Shown here: in pieces, positions 8,001 to 10,888 of the stretch | Layout: each line of letters starts with the position of its first letter | Position numbering within the stretch: position 1 is the stretch's first letter | Origin: Candidatus Hodarchaeota archaeon | Lineage (GTDB): Archaea; Asgardarchaeota; Heimdallarchaeia; Hodarchaeales; Hodarchaeaceae | Length of the DNA stretch: 10,888 nt | Reading direction: 5' to 3' | Assembly: GCA_016840035.1 (NCBI GenBank) | Contig: JAEOTC010000190.1 | Coordinates: 1-10,888 of the forward strand | The notes under the pieces: model-generated | Seen by the model: the letters and a program-made list of their open reading frames with translations, nothing else | Databases searched by the model: none | Told to the model about the DNA's origin: nothing | Made by a program: the position numbers and the translations under genes

Positions 8001-8702
8001 ATGGATGAAAAACGAGAAATATTATACAGTTTTTGGGAATCACTTCCTCCACTGAAGATTGTTTCGAAACCAGAGGAAGAGGTCTACGGTCACAGAGTGC
8101 GATTACATGTTATTCAAATATTACGTAAAGGAATTTTAGATCAATTAGATAAAAATCGAAGACGTAGGGCTCTAAACGCGAGAGAAATATTATCAATTCT
8201 AAAGGAGATGCCGATGGAGGAGAAGAAAGACGAAGAAGAAGCGTCCAAAACGAAAGATATCAGCTTACAAAGTCTTTACTTTCATTTACAGAAACTCGAA
8301 GAAGCAGAATTAGTCCAGACTGTTACCATTTTACGAAAAGGAAATCATAACACAGCATACTACGGCAGAACTGCACGGATCTACCTCCACACTGATCCTG
8401 TAAAAAAAGAAAAAAAGATTTCTCAGGCTTTTTCTGCAATTAAACAATTTGCAAAAGTAAAAAATCCGGGATTGAACGAGAGTGAAATCGATGATTTTCG
8501 TGAGAGGTATCTTTCTCGTGAAAAACAGCGAAGTGAAAGAATCTCCAAATGGTTTGTCCAATATGAATCCCTAATTGTAGAGAACAATATTGATCTGACC
8601 TCTTTTTTCCAATTTATGGAAATTATCGACACAATTAATCCTGAGACTATTCAAATCCTCAAGGAATTGCGAGATACATTAAATTTTGAATCCTTACCCT
8701 AA
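8001..8702 (+). CDS. ArsR-like winged helix-turn-helix transcriptional regulator
   Basis: HRVRLHVIQIL...ALNAREIL...ISLQSLYFHLQKLEEAELV...YYGRTA; divergent from the GNAT pair. Confidence 0.85.
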   Translation: MDEKREILYSFWESLPPLKIVSKPEEEVYGHRVRLHVIQILRKGILDQLDKNRRRRALNAREILSILKEMPMEEKKDEEEASKTKDISLQSLYFHLQKLEEAELVQTVTILRKGNHNTAYYGRTARIYLHTDPVKKEKKISQAFSAIKQFAKVKNPGLNESEIDDFRERYLSREKQRSERISKWFVQYESLIVENNIDLTSFFQFMEIIDTINPETIQILKELRDTLNFESLP

Positions 8703-8805
8703 GAAGATCAGAGCTGGACACTTTCGCTAGTACCTTGAAAAATCCCTCAAGAGTAAATTGAATAGATAGCACTGGTCAGACGATAAGGTATTCTTTTCTG
8801 TTCAA

Positions 8806-8880
8806 ATTATATAACAGATTTGAATAAGGGCCACATTGACGACATTCGAATATTATATCAGAAATGTCGTATAACCAACG
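8806..8880 (+). repeat. Dispersed direct repeat, copy 2
   Basis: See copy 1. 15-nt variable centre (8846-8860); 8-bp stem ACGACATT (8839-8846) / AATGTCGT (8863-8870). Confidence 0.95.
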
Positions 8881-8994
8881 CTTAGAAATGTTAAATAATT
8901 AATAGATTTAATGCAATCTTCCTTAACAGGAACTATGCGAACAGCCATATCATACTTACCTTGACTGCATCTGGTCTTGAAGACCTTGTTGAGG

Positions 8995-9024
8995 CTACAT
9001 TATAGTGGATGTTACTTAATGTAG
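8995..9024 (-). terminator. Stem-loop downstream of the DUF4386-like gene
   Basis: CTACATTA (8995-9002) / TAATGTAG (9017-9024) plus inner AGT/ACT, 16 nt past the stop. No clear U-tract. Confidence 0.35.
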
Positions 9025-9040
9025 GGAGGGTGCTAGACAT

Positions 9041-9703
9041 TTAGCCTAGTTTGTAGAGTTTAGCACCGATGACTATTTGCCAGATGCCTGTTAGAATCAA
9101 TCCAAATGGTGTTCCTATAGTCAGGGGCTCCAGTAAGACTCCGAAGGTGCCTACTACAATCAGGGTGCCTGCCACAATGACCAAGTAAGCTGTACGTTTG
9201 CTGAAAACTCCCTTCAGCATAACTAGGCCTATAATGACAGATCCGACGCCTAAGAGGGCCAAGGCCATGACAGTATACACACCTGATACTTCAAGTGCAA
9301 GGTGTGCCGTTGCTAAGTAAGCTGCTCTCATGGTTGCATCTGTTGTTGCTGCATAACTATCACTAATTGCAACAAGTGAAATTACTAGTCCACGAGAGAT
9401 TAGAAACATTGGTGTAGCAACTAAAAACACTGCAGTTCCTAGAAATACCTGATTCTTATTAACATCCTTTAGAGAGAAGTAGAGTCCCAGAACTCCAGGC
9501 ATCAGAAGAAACTCTCCGAAAGCAGCTAAGGAAAATAGAAGGGCTGGCTGTAGGGGGGCATCAAGAACTGATTGTGCGGTTAGTGGAAGTTGTACTTGAA
9601 GTATGAATACTAAGAGAAGGAATATGATAACGATGGCTCCACCTGTGAGTAAGGAGAGTCCACTCACCTTATACACTCCTTTCCAAGATGAATCTACGCT
9701 CAA
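9041..9703 (-). CDS. DUF4386-like membrane protein
   Basis: 220 aa, about 6 TM, with WKGVYKVSG, LGLYFSLK, SDSYAATTD and MLKGVFSKRTAYL. TTG start with GAGG upstream. Confidence 0.75.
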   Translation of the reverse strand: MSVDSSWKGVYKVSGLSLLTGGAIVIIFLLLVFILQVQLPLTAQSVLDAPLQPALLFSLAAFGEFLLMPGVLGLYFSLKDVNKNQVFLGTAVFLVATPMFLISRGLVISLVAISDSYAATTDATMRAAYLATAHLALEVSGVYTVMALALLGVGSVIIGLVMLKGVFSKRTAYLVIVAGTLIVVGTFGVLLEPLTIGTPFGLILTGIWQIVIGAKLYKLG

Positions 9704-9717
9704 AATTATTGCCTCGT

Positions 9718-9801
9718 CTATAATTGAATTATGAGTTTTCCTTTGACATGACCTTTTTCAAGATAGCGGATTGCATCTGGAACCTGCTTCAAATCCAAGG
9801 T
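9718..9801 (-). pseudogene. C-terminal remnant of an MDR-family NAD(P)-dependent alcohol dehydrogenase / quinone oxidoreductase
   Basis: TLDLKQVPDAIRYLEKGHVKGKLIIQL* matches the typical MDR C-terminus (L..VP.A.RYLE.GH..GK.VI). An in-frame TGA lies directly upstream (9802-9804). Confidence 0.8.
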
Positions 9802-9953
9802 TCAAAAACTAGTATAACTTGAGTTCCTAAAGATTAAATAGTGAAATGAATATTATTAGTTGTACTTTTACCAATGCTAACTGGAATAACTTCTTATTCG
9901 AAAGGGTTTTTCCTTCTGTTATCGTGATACTTTTCGTAGAAGGATTTGGACCC

Positions 9954-10888
9954 ATGGAAATATTAATCATTGGTGGAACAGGATTTCTTGGTTATCACTC
10001 CCTACTCGAGTTCAGAAAAAAAGGTCATTCAGTAAACACAATTGCAATACCTGATGTAGAACTAGGAGATTGGTTTCCAAAGGAAGTGGAGGTGAAGTAT
10101 GTAAATGTCTTTGAACAGGAGGAACGTGTACTTCAAGAATTATTAGGTAATTACGATGTGTTAGTGTACGCGGTAGGGCCAGATGATCGTGTTACTCCTC
10201 CAGCCCCTGCCTACGAGTTTTTTCATGAGAGATTGGTGAATTCTTGTGGAAAGGTAGTTGATGCCGCACGAAACGCAGGTATTAAACGATGTGTTGTTCT
10301 AAGTTCGTATTTTGCCTATTTTGATAGGATTTGGCCTGAATTAAGGTTAGCAGAGAATCACCCATATATTAAATGTCGTGTTGAACAAGCAGACCGAGTT
10401 ATTCAAGCAGGTCAAGGTAAAATGGATGTAATAATCCTTGAGCTTCCCTACATTTTTGGGTCAATGCCAGGTAGAATCCCATTATGGAAAGAGGTACTAC
10501 TTGATCGGATACTGAAAATGAAAATAGTCTTCTTTCCTAAAGGAGGAACGAATATGATTGCAGTGCAACATGTAGCAGAAGCGATAGTTGGAGCAGTTGA
10601 ACGAGGGGAACATGGTCAGAGATATTTAATTGGAGATATTAATTTATCTTGGAAAGAAATGTTGAATATCATTTTCAACACTTTAGGAATGAGGAAAAGA
10701 GTGATTACAATTCCTACATTCCTAGCTGCATTTTATGGAAAACGACTGAAGAAATTAGAAAAAAAAGAGGGAAAAGAAAGTGGTCTTGATTTAGCCCGAT
10801 TATTTCAAGATATACAATCGAAAGAACTCTATTATGATCCAAGTGAAACCGCGGAGAAGTTAGGATATAATCGATCTGGATTACAGAA
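9954..10888 (+). CDS. NAD-dependent epimerase/dehydratase family (extended SDR), truncated by window end
   Basis: MEILIIGGTGFLG Rossmann motif; VVLSS, HPYIKCR, ELPYIFG, GGTNMIAVQHVAEA and GQRYLIG. Not in the ORF track because it has no stop in the window. Confidence 0.9.
   Translation, partial: MEILIIGGTGFLGYHSLLEFRKKGHSVNTIAIPDVELGDWFPKEVEVKYVNVFEQEERVLQELLGNYDVLVYAVGPDDRVTPPAPAYEFFHERLVNSCGKVVDAARNAGIKRCVVLSSYFAYFDRIWPELRLAENHPYIKCRVEQADRVIQAGQGKMDVIILELPYIFGSMPGRIPLWKEVLLDRILKMKIVFFPKGGTNMIAVQHVAEAIVGAVERGEHGQRYLIGDINLSWKEMLNIIFNTLGMRKRVITIPTFLAAFYGKRLKKLEKKEGKESGLDLARLFQDIQSKELYYDPSETAEKLGYNRSGLQ

Noticed and set aside
3474-8632. Small ORFs 3474-3707, 6912-7112, 6994-7209, 7813-8055, 8331-8561 and 8423-8632
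   Set aside because: Alternative-frame or antisense overlaps of well-supported genes or of the operator region.
8933-9040. 35-aa minus-strand ORF starting directly after the DUF4386 stop
   Set aside because: Short, no recognisable motif, and overlaps a hairpin.

Overview
An AT-rich accessory region, probably archaeal. The winged-helix regulator family, TATA/BRE-like promoters and scarce Shine-Dalgarno sites suggest Asgard/Heimdallarchaeia; this is an inference. It carries functionally unrelated genes in alternating orientation: the 3' end of an unknown CDS, an orphan EpsG/Wzy-like membrane protein, an MFS transporter, an isochorismatase-family hydrolase, a multi-TM membrane protein, two tandem-GNAT proteins divergent from an ArsR-like wHTH regulator (with a 20-bp-phased operator array between them), a DUF4386-like membrane protein and a partial extended SDR/NAD-dependent epimerase. 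The intergenic DNA is the most interesting part. (i) A ~73-75 bp direct repeat (182-254, 8806-8880) brackets ~8.6 kb and ends in a Xer/dif-like arm plus 6-bp spacer (ATGTCGTATAA-CCAACG). (ii) Related 11-6-11 sites lie at 2148-2192 and 5609-5636, with a half-site at 9807-9823. (iii) A decayed tyrosine-recombinase-like C-terminus (HSFRR...Y) sits just after the first repeat. (iv) Three other unannotated gene remnants (IS3-like, Zn-ribbon transposase-like, MDR oxidoreductase C-terminus) end near these sites. Together these suggest, but do not prove, a dif-module/cassette-like gene capture region driven by a tyrosine recombinase. No rRNA, tRNA or CRISPR array was recognised.
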